51,950 nucleotides of DNA. Source: Flavobacterium sp. GTDB taxonomy: Bacteria; Bacteroidota; Bacteroidia; Flavobacteriales; Flavobacteriaceae. The translations under genes and the position numbers were made by a program. Where the stretch lies: assembly GCA_035433125.1 (NCBI GenBank), contig DAORUG010000002.1:1-51950 (forward strand). Reading direction: 5' to 3'. Below are positions 30,264 to 38,392 of this stretch, one piece after another. Within the stretch, counting starts at the first letter, position 1; the number at the start of each line of letters is the position of its first letter. The notes under the pieces were generated by a model that had not been told where the DNA came from, ran no database searches, and saw only the letters and a list, made by a program, of their open reading frames with translations.

Positions 30264-30877
30264 TGCACATAGCAGTAGCAGGAAACATAGGAGCCGGAAA
30301 AACGACATTGACCCGTTTGTTGGCGAAACATTTTAAATGGGAACCGCATTACGAAGACGTTGTCGACAATCCTTACTTGGACGATTTTTATCACCAAATG
30401 GAACGTTGGTCTTTTAATTTACAGATTTATTTCCTGAACAGTCGTTTTCGTCAAGTGTTGCAAATTCGCGAAAGCGGTAAAAAAATCATTCAAGACAGAA
30501 CCATTTATGAAGACGCCCATATTTTTGCGCCCAATCTTCACGCCATGGGATTGATGACCAATCGTGATTTTCAAAACTATTCTTCTTTGTTTGAATTGAT
30601 GGAATCTAAGGTTGAAGCGCCCGATATGCTTATTTACCTTAGGAGTTCTATTCCCAATTTAGTGAGCCAAATTCACAAACGTGGTCGCGAATACGAAAAC
30701 ACCATTTCTATAGATTACCTCAACCGATTGAACGAACGCTACGAGGCTTGGATTCAAACGTACACTAAAGGAAAATTATTAATTATAGATGTGGACAATA
30801 TAAATTTTGTCGATAATCCCGAAGATTTAGGAATGATTATCAATAAAATTGATGCGGAGTTGAATGGATTGTTTTAG
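30263..30877 (+). CDS. Deoxynucleoside kinase (dCK/dGK family)
   Basis: GNIGAGKTT P-loop, LQIYFL, DRTIYED, RGREYE. Confidence 0.95.
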   Translation: MHIAVAGNIGAGKTTLTRLLAKHFKWEPHYEDVVDNPYLDDFYHQMERWSFNLQIYFLNSRFRQVLQIRESGKKIIQDRTIYEDAHIFAPNLHAMGLMTNRDFQNYSSLFELMESKVEAPDMLIYLRSSIPNLVSQIHKRGREYENTISIDYLNRLNERYEAWIQTYTKGKLLIIDVDNINFVDNPEDLGMIINKIDAELNGLF

Positions 30878-30907
30878 AATTCAAAATTTCCAGATATTAT
30901 AAAATAT

Positions 30908-30936
30908 GCCTTACGAAAGTGAGGCTTTTTATTTTT
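30908..30936 (+). terminator. Intrinsic terminator after the deoxynucleoside kinase
   Basis: GCCTTAC-GAAA-GTGAGGC followed by T-rich tract. Confidence 0.75.
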
Positions 30937-30961
30937 AATTTAGTCTTTTTTAAAACCATAT

Positions 30962-30992
30962 TTCCCAAATAGGGAATTTTTTACTATCTTTG
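30962..30992 (+). promoter_or_regulatory. higBA promoter with palindromic operator
   Basis: TTCCC-AAATA-GGGAA (30962-30976) just upstream of TATCTTTG -7 box (30985-30992). Confidence 0.7.
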
Positions 30993-31008
30993 ACCGTTAA
31001 AATCACCT

Positions 31009-31305
31009 ATGAGAATAATTGCTAAAAGAACCTTACAAAATTTTTGGGAGCATTATCCCAACTCAAAACAGCAATTACTGGCTTGGTATCAGGTTTTTGA
31101 TAAAAATACATTTGACAATTCTAACGCTATAAAATCTGTTTTTGGATCAGCTGATTTTGTAGGTAATAATAAAGTTGTCTTTAATATTTGTGGCAATCAT
31201 TATCGATTAATCGTAAAAATTAATTATTTGACACAAATTGTCTATATTTTGTTCGTAGGAACGCACACTGAATATGATAATTTGAAAGACATTAAAAACC
31301 TATAA
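31009..31305 (+). CDS. higB: Type II TA toxin HigB (RelE superfamily)
   Basis: MRIIA..TL, VFNICGNHYRLIV, FVGTHTEYD; toxin-first gene order. Confidence 0.95.
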   Translation: MRIIAKRTLQNFWEHYPNSKQQLLAWYQVFDKNTFDNSNAIKSVFGSADFVGNNKVVFNICGNHYRLIVKINYLTQIVYILFVGTHTEYDNLKDIKNL

Positions 31306-31307
31306 AA

Positions 31308-31676
31308 ATGGAAATACGTCCTATAAAAACAGAAAAAGATTATGACTTGGCTTTAGAAAGAGTAAACACTCTTTTTGATGCTAAACCCAATACTAATGAA
31401 GGAGATGAATTGGATATTTTAGTTACGCTCATAGAAAAATACGAACAAATTAATTACCCAATTCCTGAACCAGATCCGATTGAGGCGATTAAATTTATGA
31501 TGGAGCAAAACGGACTTACAGATGCAGATTTAGGAATTATTTTGAATAGTCGTTCTAGGGTGACTGAAATTTTTAAGCGAAAAAGAGCTTTAACAATTAG
31601 ACAAATTCGTTTGCTTACCGAAAATCTTCATATTCCAGCTTCTACTTTAATCAAAGAATATGCTTTGGAACAATAG
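31308..31676 (+). CDS. higA: Type II TA antitoxin HigA (XRE HTH)
   Basis: IKTEKDY, LIEKYE, PDPIEAIKF.MEQ.GL, SRSRVTEI..RKR.LT. Confidence 0.95.
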   Translation: MEIRPIKTEKDYDLALERVNTLFDAKPNTNEGDELDILVTLIEKYEQINYPIPEPDPIEAIKFMMEQNGLTDADLGIILNSRSRVTEIFKRKRALTIRQIRLLTENLHIPASTLIKEYALEQ

Positions 31677-31692
31677 TTTTCTACACTTTCAT

Positions 31693-31726
31693 ACAAAAAT
31701 GTCCCGAAATTTCGGGACATTTTTGT
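31693..31726. terminator. Bidirectional terminator between higA and hppA
   Basis: Perfect 34-bp palindrome ACAAAAATGTCCCGAAATTTCGGGACATTTTTGT. Confidence 0.85.
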
Positions 31727-31746
31727 GTAATGAGAAATTATAATTA

Positions 31747-34311
31747 CTACTTTAGAGCTTCTACTTTAGATTTTACTTCATCCAATGAACCTTCAAAAAC
31801 CTGAACATTTTCAGTTCCGTTTTCAGAAGTGGTGACAGTTGCTTTTGCTTTTCCGTTTTTATTGGTCATTTCCACTTTAACGCTTTTCTCAACCATTCCT
31901 TTTTTAGCACAACACGCTTTTTCTCCTTGAGTTGCTATGTACTTGCCATTAGCATCAAAATGTGACATACACATTTCTTTTTGGGCTGGCGAACATCCAT
32001 TGGTTTCACACATTTTAGCGCATTCGTCTTTGGTCATTGTGGCACATTTAGACATGTCGCAATTGCCCATCATTCCTCCTGATTTTATTTCCATTTTGCA
32101 ATTCACCATTTTGTTTTCAGAAGCGCTTCCGTTTCCTAAAATTGGAGCAATTACCAATCCAATCAAGCAAGTCAATTTAATCAAAATATTCATTGATGGT
32201 CCAGAAGTATCTTTGAAAGGATCCCCAACAGTATCACCAGTTACGGCTGCTTTGTGCGCATCCGAACCTTTAAAACTCATTAATCCATCGACTAAAACTC
32301 CGGCTTCAAAAGATTTTTTGGCATTGTCCCAAGCTCCACCAGCATTGTTTTGGAAAATGGCCCAAACCACACCTGAAACTGTAACACCAGCCATATAACC
32401 ACCAAGCATTTCGGCTACCATAGAATTAGCATTGGCATCGCCCATATAAACAAGTTTGCCTAACAATACAATTCCGATAGGGAAACCAATGGTCAAAACT
32501 CCTGGTAACATCATTTCGTGCAAAGCGGCTTTTGTCGAAATATCAACACATTTAGCATATTCTGGTTTTCCAGTTCCTTCCATAATTCCCGGAATTTCTC
32601 TGAACTGGCGACGCACTTCATTTACCATATCCATTGCGGCTTTTCCCACAGAATTCATCACCAAAGCGGAGAAAACTACTGGTATCATAGCGCCCACAAA
32701 CAGCATGGATAAAACAGGTGCTTTAAAAATATTGATTCCGTCGATTCCTGTAAAAGTGACATACGCAGCAAACAATCCAAGCGAAGTCATTGCAGCCGAA
32801 GCGATTGCAAATCCTTTTCCGGTTGCAGCCGTAGTATTTCCAACTGAATCTAAAATATCGGTTCTGGTACGAACTTCTTTTGGCAATTCACTCATTTCGG
32901 CAATTCCACCTGCGTTGTCCGATATTGGTCCGAAAGCATCGATGGCTAATTGCATTGCTGTTGTAGCCATCATTGCAGAAGCCGCTAGTGCAACTCCGTA
33001 AAAACCAGCAAAGGAATATGATATCCAAATGGCTGCAGCCAAAACAATAACTTTTGGAAAAGTAGAAATCATTCCTGTTGATAAACCTGCAATAATATTG
33101 GTTCCTGCGCCAGTTGAAGATTTTGCAACAATTGCTAAAACGGGTTTTGTTCCCAAACCTGTATAATATTCGGTAACGGATGATATTATGGCCCCCACAA
33201 CTAATCCAACCATCGAAGCATAGAAAACTCGCATGGAAGAAATTTCTTTTAAGCCTTCGCCAAAGAAATTCATTTTCATAGTTTCTGGCAGCATATATTT
33301 AATTAAAACAAAACAAGCAATCGCTGTCAAAGCAATAGAAATCCAGTTTCCAATATTTAATGCTTTTTGTACTTCGGCCTCTTTTGCATTATCATCAGAG
33401 ATTTTTACTAACATGGTTCCAATAATAGAGGAAACGATTCCAAAACCTGCAATTGCCATTGGTAATAAAATAGGTCCAATTCCGCCAAAGGCATCTTGAA
33501 TGCTTCCATCCATATCTTTGATTACATAATTTCCAAGAACCATAGTCGCAAGAACAGTAGCGACATATGAACCAAATAAATCGGCTCCCATTCCAGCAAC
33601 ATCTCCAACATTGTCACCAACATTGTCGGCAATTGTAGCAGGGTTTCTTGGATCGTCTTCTGGGATTCCAGCTTCAACTTTACCTACTAAATCAGCTCCA
33701 ACATCCGCCGCTTTGGTATAAATTCCACCACCAACACGCGCAAACAAAGCGATTGATTCTGCCCCAAGGGAGAAACCAGCTAATGTTTCCAACACGGTTG
33801 TCATATCTTCGGTTGAAGTCCAAACTCCACCCATATATACATTAAAAAGAATAATAAAAAATCCTGTAAGACCTAAAACAGCTAATCCAGCAACGCCTAA
33901 TCCCATTACTGTTCCACCGCCAAAAGACACTTTTAGTGCCTGAGGCAAACTAGTTCGTGCGGCTTGTGTTGTTCTGACATTAGTTTTTGTTGCTATTTTC
34001 ATTCCCAAATTTCCAGCTAAAGCCGAAAAAATGGCACCAAAAATAAAAGCAACTACAATTAATAAATGTGATGAATTTCCTGGTAAAAAAGTAAGACCAG
34101 CCAAAACAATACTTGCAACAATAACAAATACTGTCATTAATCTGTATTCTGCATTTAGAAAAGCCAAGGCACCTTCGTGGATATACTCTGAAATTTCTTT
34201 CATTTTGCCATCTCCAGCATCTTGTTTTAATACCCAAGCTCTTTTTATAACCATAAAAACTAATCCTACTAGTGCTAGTAGTATTGGGACATAAATCATT
34301 ATTGTGTTCAT
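31747..34311 (-). CDS. hppA: Membrane-bound ion-translocating pyrophosphatase, K+-dependent type, with Cys/Met-rich C-terminal extension
   Basis: [49 protein letters not shown]. Confidence 0.96.
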   Translation of the reverse strand: MNTIMIYVPILLALVGLVFMVIKRAWVLKQDAGDGKMKEISEYIHEGALAFLNAEYRLMTVFVIVASIVLAGLTFLPGNSSHLLIVVAFIFGAIFSALAGNLGMKIATKTNVRTTQAARTSLPQALKVSFGGGTVMGLGVAGLAVLGLTGFFIILFNVYMGGVWTSTEDMTTVLETLAGFSLGAESIALFARVGGGIYTKAADVGADLVGKVEAGIPEDDPRNPATIADNVGDNVGDVAGMGADLFGSYVATVLATMVLGNYVIKDMDGSIQDAFGGIGPILLPMAIAGFGIVSSIIGTMLVKISDDNAKEAEVQKALNIGNWISIALTAIACFVLIKYMLPETMKMNFFGEGLKEISSMRVFYASMVGLVVGAIISSVTEYYTGLGTKPVLAIVAKSSTGAGTNIIAGLSTGMISTFPKVIVLAAAIWISYSFAGFYGVALAASAMMATTAMQLAIDAFGPISDNAGGIAEMSELPKEVRTRTDILDSVGNTTAATGKGFAIASAAMTSLGLFAAYVTFTGIDGINIFKAPVLSMLFVGAMIPVVFSALVMNSVGKAAMDMVNEVRRQFREIPGIMEGTGKPEYAKCVDISTKAALHEMMLPGVLTIGFPIGIVLLGKLVYMGDANANSMVAEMLGGYMAGVTVSGVVWAIFQNNAGGAWDNAKKSFEAGVLVDGLMSFKGSDAHKAAVTGDTVGDPFKDTSGPSMNILIKLTCLIGLVIAPILGNGSASENKMVNCKMEIKSGGMMGNCDMSKCATMTKDECAKMCETNGCSPAQKEMCMSHFDANGKYIATQGEKACCAKKGMVEKSVKVEMTNKNGKAKATVTTSENGTENVQVFEGSLDEVKSKVEALK

Positions 34312-34361
34312 AATATCAATTTTTATAAATTCAATGTTAATAAATTACTAATGTTTGATTG

Positions 34362-34417
34362 CAAACGTACTATATTGAAACTGAAAAAGCAATATTCAAA
34401 TGAATGAATATTGCTTT
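34362..34417 (-). promoter_or_regulatory. ppa terminator-like hairpin followed by a separate hppA -7 box
   Basis: AAAGCAATATTCA/TGAATATTGCTTT 13-bp stem (34386-34417); TACGTTTG on minus strand at 34362-34369. Confidence 0.6.
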
Positions 34418-34445
34418 ATAGAAAAAAAAATTGTGATAGAATTTA

Positions 34446-34973
34446 TTAAATCTTAAATAAATCGTCCGGTTTATTCTCAATATTATTAAATCGTTCTGTG
34501 CATTCATCAATGATTGCTAAGGCTTGACTCAAATCTCCCCAACCTTCTACATCAACGACTTTGTGTTCAAGGTCTTTGTAAACTTGAAAGAAATGTTCGA
34601 TTTCTTTTAATAAATGTGGATTTATATCTCCCAAATCGGTCAAGGAATTCCAAATAGGATCTGAAACAGGCACACATATTATTTTTTCGTCTGGACCTTT
34701 ATCATCAGCCATGTGGAAAACACCTATTGGCTTCACCTCCATAACACATCCAGGAAAGGTAGGTTCATTAATTAAAACCAAAACATCTAGTGGATCTCCG
34801 TCTAATGCTAGTGTTTGAGGCATAAAACCATAATCCGCGGGATACATCATCGAAGAAAATAACATCCTGTCGAACCGAATTCTTTTTAATTTAAAATCAT
34901 ATTCATACTTATTTCTACTCCCTCTTGGAATCTCAATCAGTACATCAAAAGTTTTGTATTTTTCTCTAGCCAT
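34446..34973 (-). CDS. ppa: Soluble family I inorganic pyrophosphatase
   Basis: EIPRGSRNKYE, YPADYG, DGDPLDV, HFFQVYKDLE; TACTTTTG box at 34998-35005. Confidence 0.97.
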   Translation of the reverse strand: MAREKYKTFDVLIEIPRGSRNKYEYDFKLKRIRFDRMLFSSMMYPADYGFMPQTLALDGDPLDVLVLINEPTFPGCVMEVKPIGVFHMADDKGPDEKIICVPVSDPIWNSLTDLGDINPHLLKEIEHFFQVYKDLEHKVVDVEGWGDLSQALAIIDECTERFNNIENKPDDLFKI

Positions 34974-35070
34974 TTTGTTTTTATTTTTTTATTGTTGCAA
35001 AAGTAAGCAAACCATAAACTTCTACAACATAAAATCGATAAATAGCCTTTTTCAGCGTTTAAATTACCTT

Positions 35071-35316
35071 TCAACAAAACACTTTTCTATTTCTTTTGCT
35101 CAAATAATAATGCCACAAAAGGTAAGTGGCAACAGATTTTTGAGGACTCCATTTGGAAACATAATTTTCCATTTCTTGTTTGTTGTGAATGTCGAGCAGC
35201 TCTTTGATGATAGGTCAGTTTCCAATACCTTTGATTTTGATTAATTCCTTTCGAACTTGCTCAGATGATTTGGTTGCTAAACTTTCTATATCAATGTGAT
35301 TATTTAGTATAAAATG
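35071..35316 (-). pseudogene. Decayed duplicate of the 3' part of the alkA-like glycosylase gene
   Basis: Minus strand reads HFILNNHIDIESLATKSSEQVRKELIKIKGIGN*PI-IKELLDIHNKQEMENYVSKWSPQKSVATYLLWHYYLSKRNRKVFC*, matching 37789-38106 with a nonsense codon and a 24-codon deletion. Confidence 0.92.
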
Positions 35317-35325
35317 CTAAATAGA

Positions 35326-36213
35326 TTATTTTGAGGTAGTTACATTTGGATTAATTTCTAACTTATATCCAATCCCATGAATGTTAACAATATTTATTAA
35401 AGGATCTTTATTCAATTTCTTACGAAGTTTTGAAATAAACATATCCAAACTTCTGGTAACTATTACACCTTCATTTTCCCAGACTTCTTTCTGCAAAATA
35501 GTCCTGTCAATAATTTCGTTTGGGGATGTGAAAAAAATGTATAATAATTTTGATTCTTTTGCTGTTAAAACAATTTTTATATCTTCATACATAATATAAT
35601 GTTGTTCATAATAAAAAAAATATTTCCCAATTTGGATATTTTTAAAGATCTCTTTTTCATTAGATAATTTTTCTTTTTTTCTATTAGAAATAAACCAAAA
35701 TAAAACAGAGAGAACTAAAAGTAATAAAGTAAAGAATAGAATTTTATTATTAAAAAAAATAGTGTTTGTTGGAATAAACTTAATACTAATAATGTAGCAA
35801 TCACTGGGCATGCTTCTACCTATACAAGGAATTATAGTCTCTTTATCATTTAATGAAACTAAAAAACCATAGTTAACTTCCTTACTGGAACACTTTAATA
35901 CATTCACAGAATATTCTCTTGGAAAGGTGCTTCTTCCCATATTTTTCTGAACAATTGCAACTAATGAATCTGGTATGAATGAAAATTTATTTTCAAATCT
36001 AATCTGAAATTCATTAGCCGAAAGCATTTTTATGGGTAATACTTTAGATGTTGAATCATTGGAACTCTTTAGTAGTTCATCCCCTATTTTTCTTAACAGT
36101 ATTTGGTTTTTTGGATTCTCAATAGCAGATTTTTGTTGATAATCCAGATAATTCAAAGCGATAAACAAAGCCAATAAAGCTACTAGTAATAGGAATAGGT
36201 GTTTTTGTTTCAT
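35326..36213 (-). CDS. Membrane-anchored transcriptional regulator: TM, extracytoplasmic domain, TM, OmpR/PhoB-type wHTH, no receiver domain
   Basis: Two hydrophobic segments; C-terminal LTAKESKLL...VWEN...RSLDMFISKLRKKL...NIHGIGYKL (Trans_reg_C pattern). Confidence 0.85.
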   Translation of the reverse strand: MKQKHLFLLLVALLALFIALNYLDYQQKSAIENPKNQILLRKIGDELLKSSNDSTSKVLPIKMLSANEFQIRFENKFSFIPDSLVAIVQKNMGRSTFPREYSVNVLKCSSKEVNYGFLVSLNDKETIIPCIGRSMPSDCYIISIKFIPTNTIFFNNKILFFTLLLLVLSVLFWFISNRKKEKLSNEKEIFKNIQIGKYFFYYEQHYIMYEDIKIVLTAKESKLLYIFFTSPNEIIDRTILQKEVWENEGVIVTRSLDMFISKLRKKLNKDPLINIVNIHGIGYKLEINPNVTTSK

Positions 36214-36217
36214 TCTT

Positions 36218-36329
36218 CAAAAGTATTTTTTTATCACATATCAAACAGTTATTTATTAAAAATTTATACTTTTTTTACATTTCTTTTACATGTTTTTTAT
36301 AGGGTTTAGATGTAGAACAAATAGTTTTG
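36218..36329. promoter_or_regulatory. Divergent promoters with 11-bp-period direct repeats (OmpR-family-like boxes)
   Basis: TACTTTTG (minus, 36218-36225), TAGTTTTG (plus, 36322-36329); TTTA(C/T)(A/T) at 36252, 36263, 36274, 36285, 36296. Confidence 0.65.
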
Positions 36330-36354
36330 TCAAATAACTTTAAAAACAAAAATA

Positions 36355-36777
36355 ATGAATTCAAAAATTTTTACTTCGACACCTATTTGGGAAAACGGAA
36401 TTTCTTTAATACGAATTTGTACGGGAATAATGATTATTATGTTTGGCAAAGAGATTTTTGAGGAAGCGACTATGAATGACTACATCAAATTTCTTACTGA
36501 TGTTGGTTTTCCTGCTCCAAGATTTATGCTAACTCTCGCAAAATTAACCGAGTTGATTGGAGGCGTTTTTTTATTAGCGGGACTATTTACTCGCATTGTA
36601 GTATTTCCGCTAATGGTGACTATGTTAACAATAATATGGTACATGTCTGAGGGTAATTTCTTTAATGGAGGAACTGCATCTACTTTTTTTCTCTTGTTTC
36701 TTACACTATTGTTCTTAGGATCAGGAACATTTAGTTTGGATTATGTGCTATTTGATAAAGAACACAAAAAAAAATAA
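36355..36777 (+). CDS. DoxX family membrane protein
   Basis: LIRICTG, GFPAP, ELIGGVFLLAGLFTR, GSGTFSLD. Confidence 0.9.
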   Translation: MNSKIFTSTPIWENGISLIRICTGIMIIMFGKEIFEEATMNDYIKFLTDVGFPAPRFMLTLAKLTELIGGVFLLAGLFTRIVVFPLMVTMLTIIWYMSEGNFFNGGTASTFFLLFLTLLFLGSGTFSLDYVLFDKEHKKK

Positions 36778-36809
36778 TACTTTTTTTAAACCATTTAAAA
36801 TAAAAATTC

Positions 36810-37775
36810 ATGAAACTAAAAAACAGATTAATGAAATTTATAATTCTTCTAATCATAATCAGCAATCCACTTTTTGCACAACAAGATAGTGTTTATAGAC
36901 CCATTACTTGGTCAACAGATTGGAGTCCGAATGGTAAATTTATTGCGATTGGCGGTAGCATAGACTCTTTAAAAATTTACAGTGAAAGGGATTTAAAACC
37001 CTACAAATCATTTTATATCAACAATGCTATTACACGTGTAAAGTGGCATCCCTCAAAAAATATAATTGCTGTATCAACACAAAATTCAAAAGACAAATCA
37101 AGTATTATAAATTTGGAAACTGATGAAAAAATTGAATTAAATGAAATTTCATCAAGTGGAGCAAGAGGAATTGGCTGGAATTATACAGGTGAATATTTAG
37201 CTGTGGGTGACAATGACGGGCAAGTATTAATTTACAATACAAAAGGGGAACTGATAAGAAAGTTTATGAATCAAACTAATTCGACTAAGAGCATCACGGC
37301 TATAGATTGGCATCCAAATAAAAATATATTGATAACGGTTTCAGAAAAAATTAGGTTTTTTGATATCGAAGGCAATCTGTTAAATACCCTAAAACATAGA
37401 ACTGAAGATGTTTTGATATTAAGTGTTGCTTGGCACAAATCAGGTACATTTTTCGTCACTGGTGACTACGGCGATGAAAAAGACAAATCATTACTTCAAT
37501 ATTGGAGTGAAGATGGTAAACTTATTCGTTCCATTGATATTAGCAAAGGGGAATACAGAAATTTGGCTTGGAATCCAAAAGGGAACAGATTAGCAACAGC
37601 AAGTGATACCTTAAGAATTTGGGACACCAAAGGCAACCTCATTTCGGAGGGTAATGAAAAGAATCATTTTTTATGGGGAGTTTGTTGGAATAAACAGGGA
37701 AACAAAATTATAACTTCTGCACAAGGTGTACTGCTTTGGAATAATAAAGCCGAAAAAATAGGGACGGTTGAATAA
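36810..37775 (+). CDS. Exported WD40-repeat beta-propeller protein
   Basis: Seven repeats (WSPNG, WHPS, WNYTG, WHPN, WHKSG, WNPKG, WNKQG); signal peptide ending LFA-Q, likely start ATG 36831. Confidence 0.88.
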   Translation: MKLKNRLMKFIILLIIISNPLFAQQDSVYRPITWSTDWSPNGKFIAIGGSIDSLKIYSERDLKPYKSFYINNAITRVKWHPSKNIIAVSTQNSKDKSSIINLETDEKIELNEISSSGARGIGWNYTGEYLAVGDNDGQVLIYNTKGELIRKFMNQTNSTKSITAIDWHPNKNILITVSEKIRFFDIEGNLLNTLKHRTEDVLILSVAWHKSGTFFVTGDYGDEKDKSLLQYWSEDGKLIRSIDISKGEYRNLAWNPKGNRLATASDTLRIWDTKGNLISEGNEKNHFLWGVCWNKQGNKIITSAQGVLLWNNKAEKIGTVE

Positions 37776-37788
37776 ATAAATCAACATT

Positions 37789-38391
37789 TTAATAACTAAC
37801 TTTCCTGTTCCTTTTGCTCAAATAATAATGCCACAAAAGGTAAGTCGCTACAGATTTGTGCGGACTCCATTTTGACACATAATTTTCCATTTCCTGTTTG
37901 TCGTGAATATCGAGCAATTCTTTGATGGTATTTACCACTGCAATATCTCCAAGCGGAAGAATGTCTGGAACTTGAAGCGAAAACATCAAATAAATATCGA
38001 TTGTCCAGTGGCCAATGCCTTTGATTTTGATTAATTCCTCTCGAACTTGCTCTGACGATTTGGTTGCTAAACTCTCTAAATCAATGTGATTGTTGATAAT
38101 CGAATGTGATAAAGCCTTTATGTAGGAAGTTTTTTGTCGGCTTACGCCAATGTTTCGAAACTCCTCATCCGAAAAAGTAAGTAGCGATTCTGGATTAAAA
38201 TGGGGTTGTTTCGCTTTTAATTTTAAAAAAGTAGCTTTGGCCGAATCGATGGAAACTTGTTGTTCGAGGATTAATAATACCAATGTTTCGAATCCTTGTG
38301 GTCGTTTGGGAAGGATAGGCAAACCATATTTTTCAATTATAAGATTGAAAATAGTTTCTTTTTCTGTCAGATATTGGATGGCTTCTTGCAT
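37789..38391 (-). CDS. alkA: DNA-3-methyladenine glycosylase II family (HhH-GPD)
   Basis: ILEQQVS, LIKIKGIGHWT HhH motif, LPLGD catalytic Asp; start MQEAIQ at 38391. Confidence 0.88.
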   Translation of the reverse strand: MQEAIQYLTEKETIFNLIIEKYGLPILPKRPQGFETLVLLILEQQVSIDSAKATFLKLKAKQPHFNPESLLTFSDEEFRNIGVSRQKTSYIKALSHSIINNHIDLESLATKSSEQVREELIKIKGIGHWTIDIYLMFSLQVPDILPLGDIAVVNTIKELLDIHDKQEMENYVSKWSPHKSVATYLLWHYYLSKRNRKVSY

Positions 38392-38392
38392 A

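Noticed and set aside
31937-33499. Long antisense ORFs over hppA, and similar ones over prc, lpxB, purH, mreB and pdhB
   Set aside because: Shadow frames of well-conserved genes with no recognisable motifs
34954-35244. 96-aa plus-strand ORF
   Set aside because: It is the antisense reading of the alkA remnant and overlaps the ppa start and promoter; no coding hallmarks
35071-38106. Prophage, IS or integrase-encoding island
   Set aside because: No recombinase, transposase, terminal inverted repeats or phage genes visible; only the alkA duplication supports an insertion
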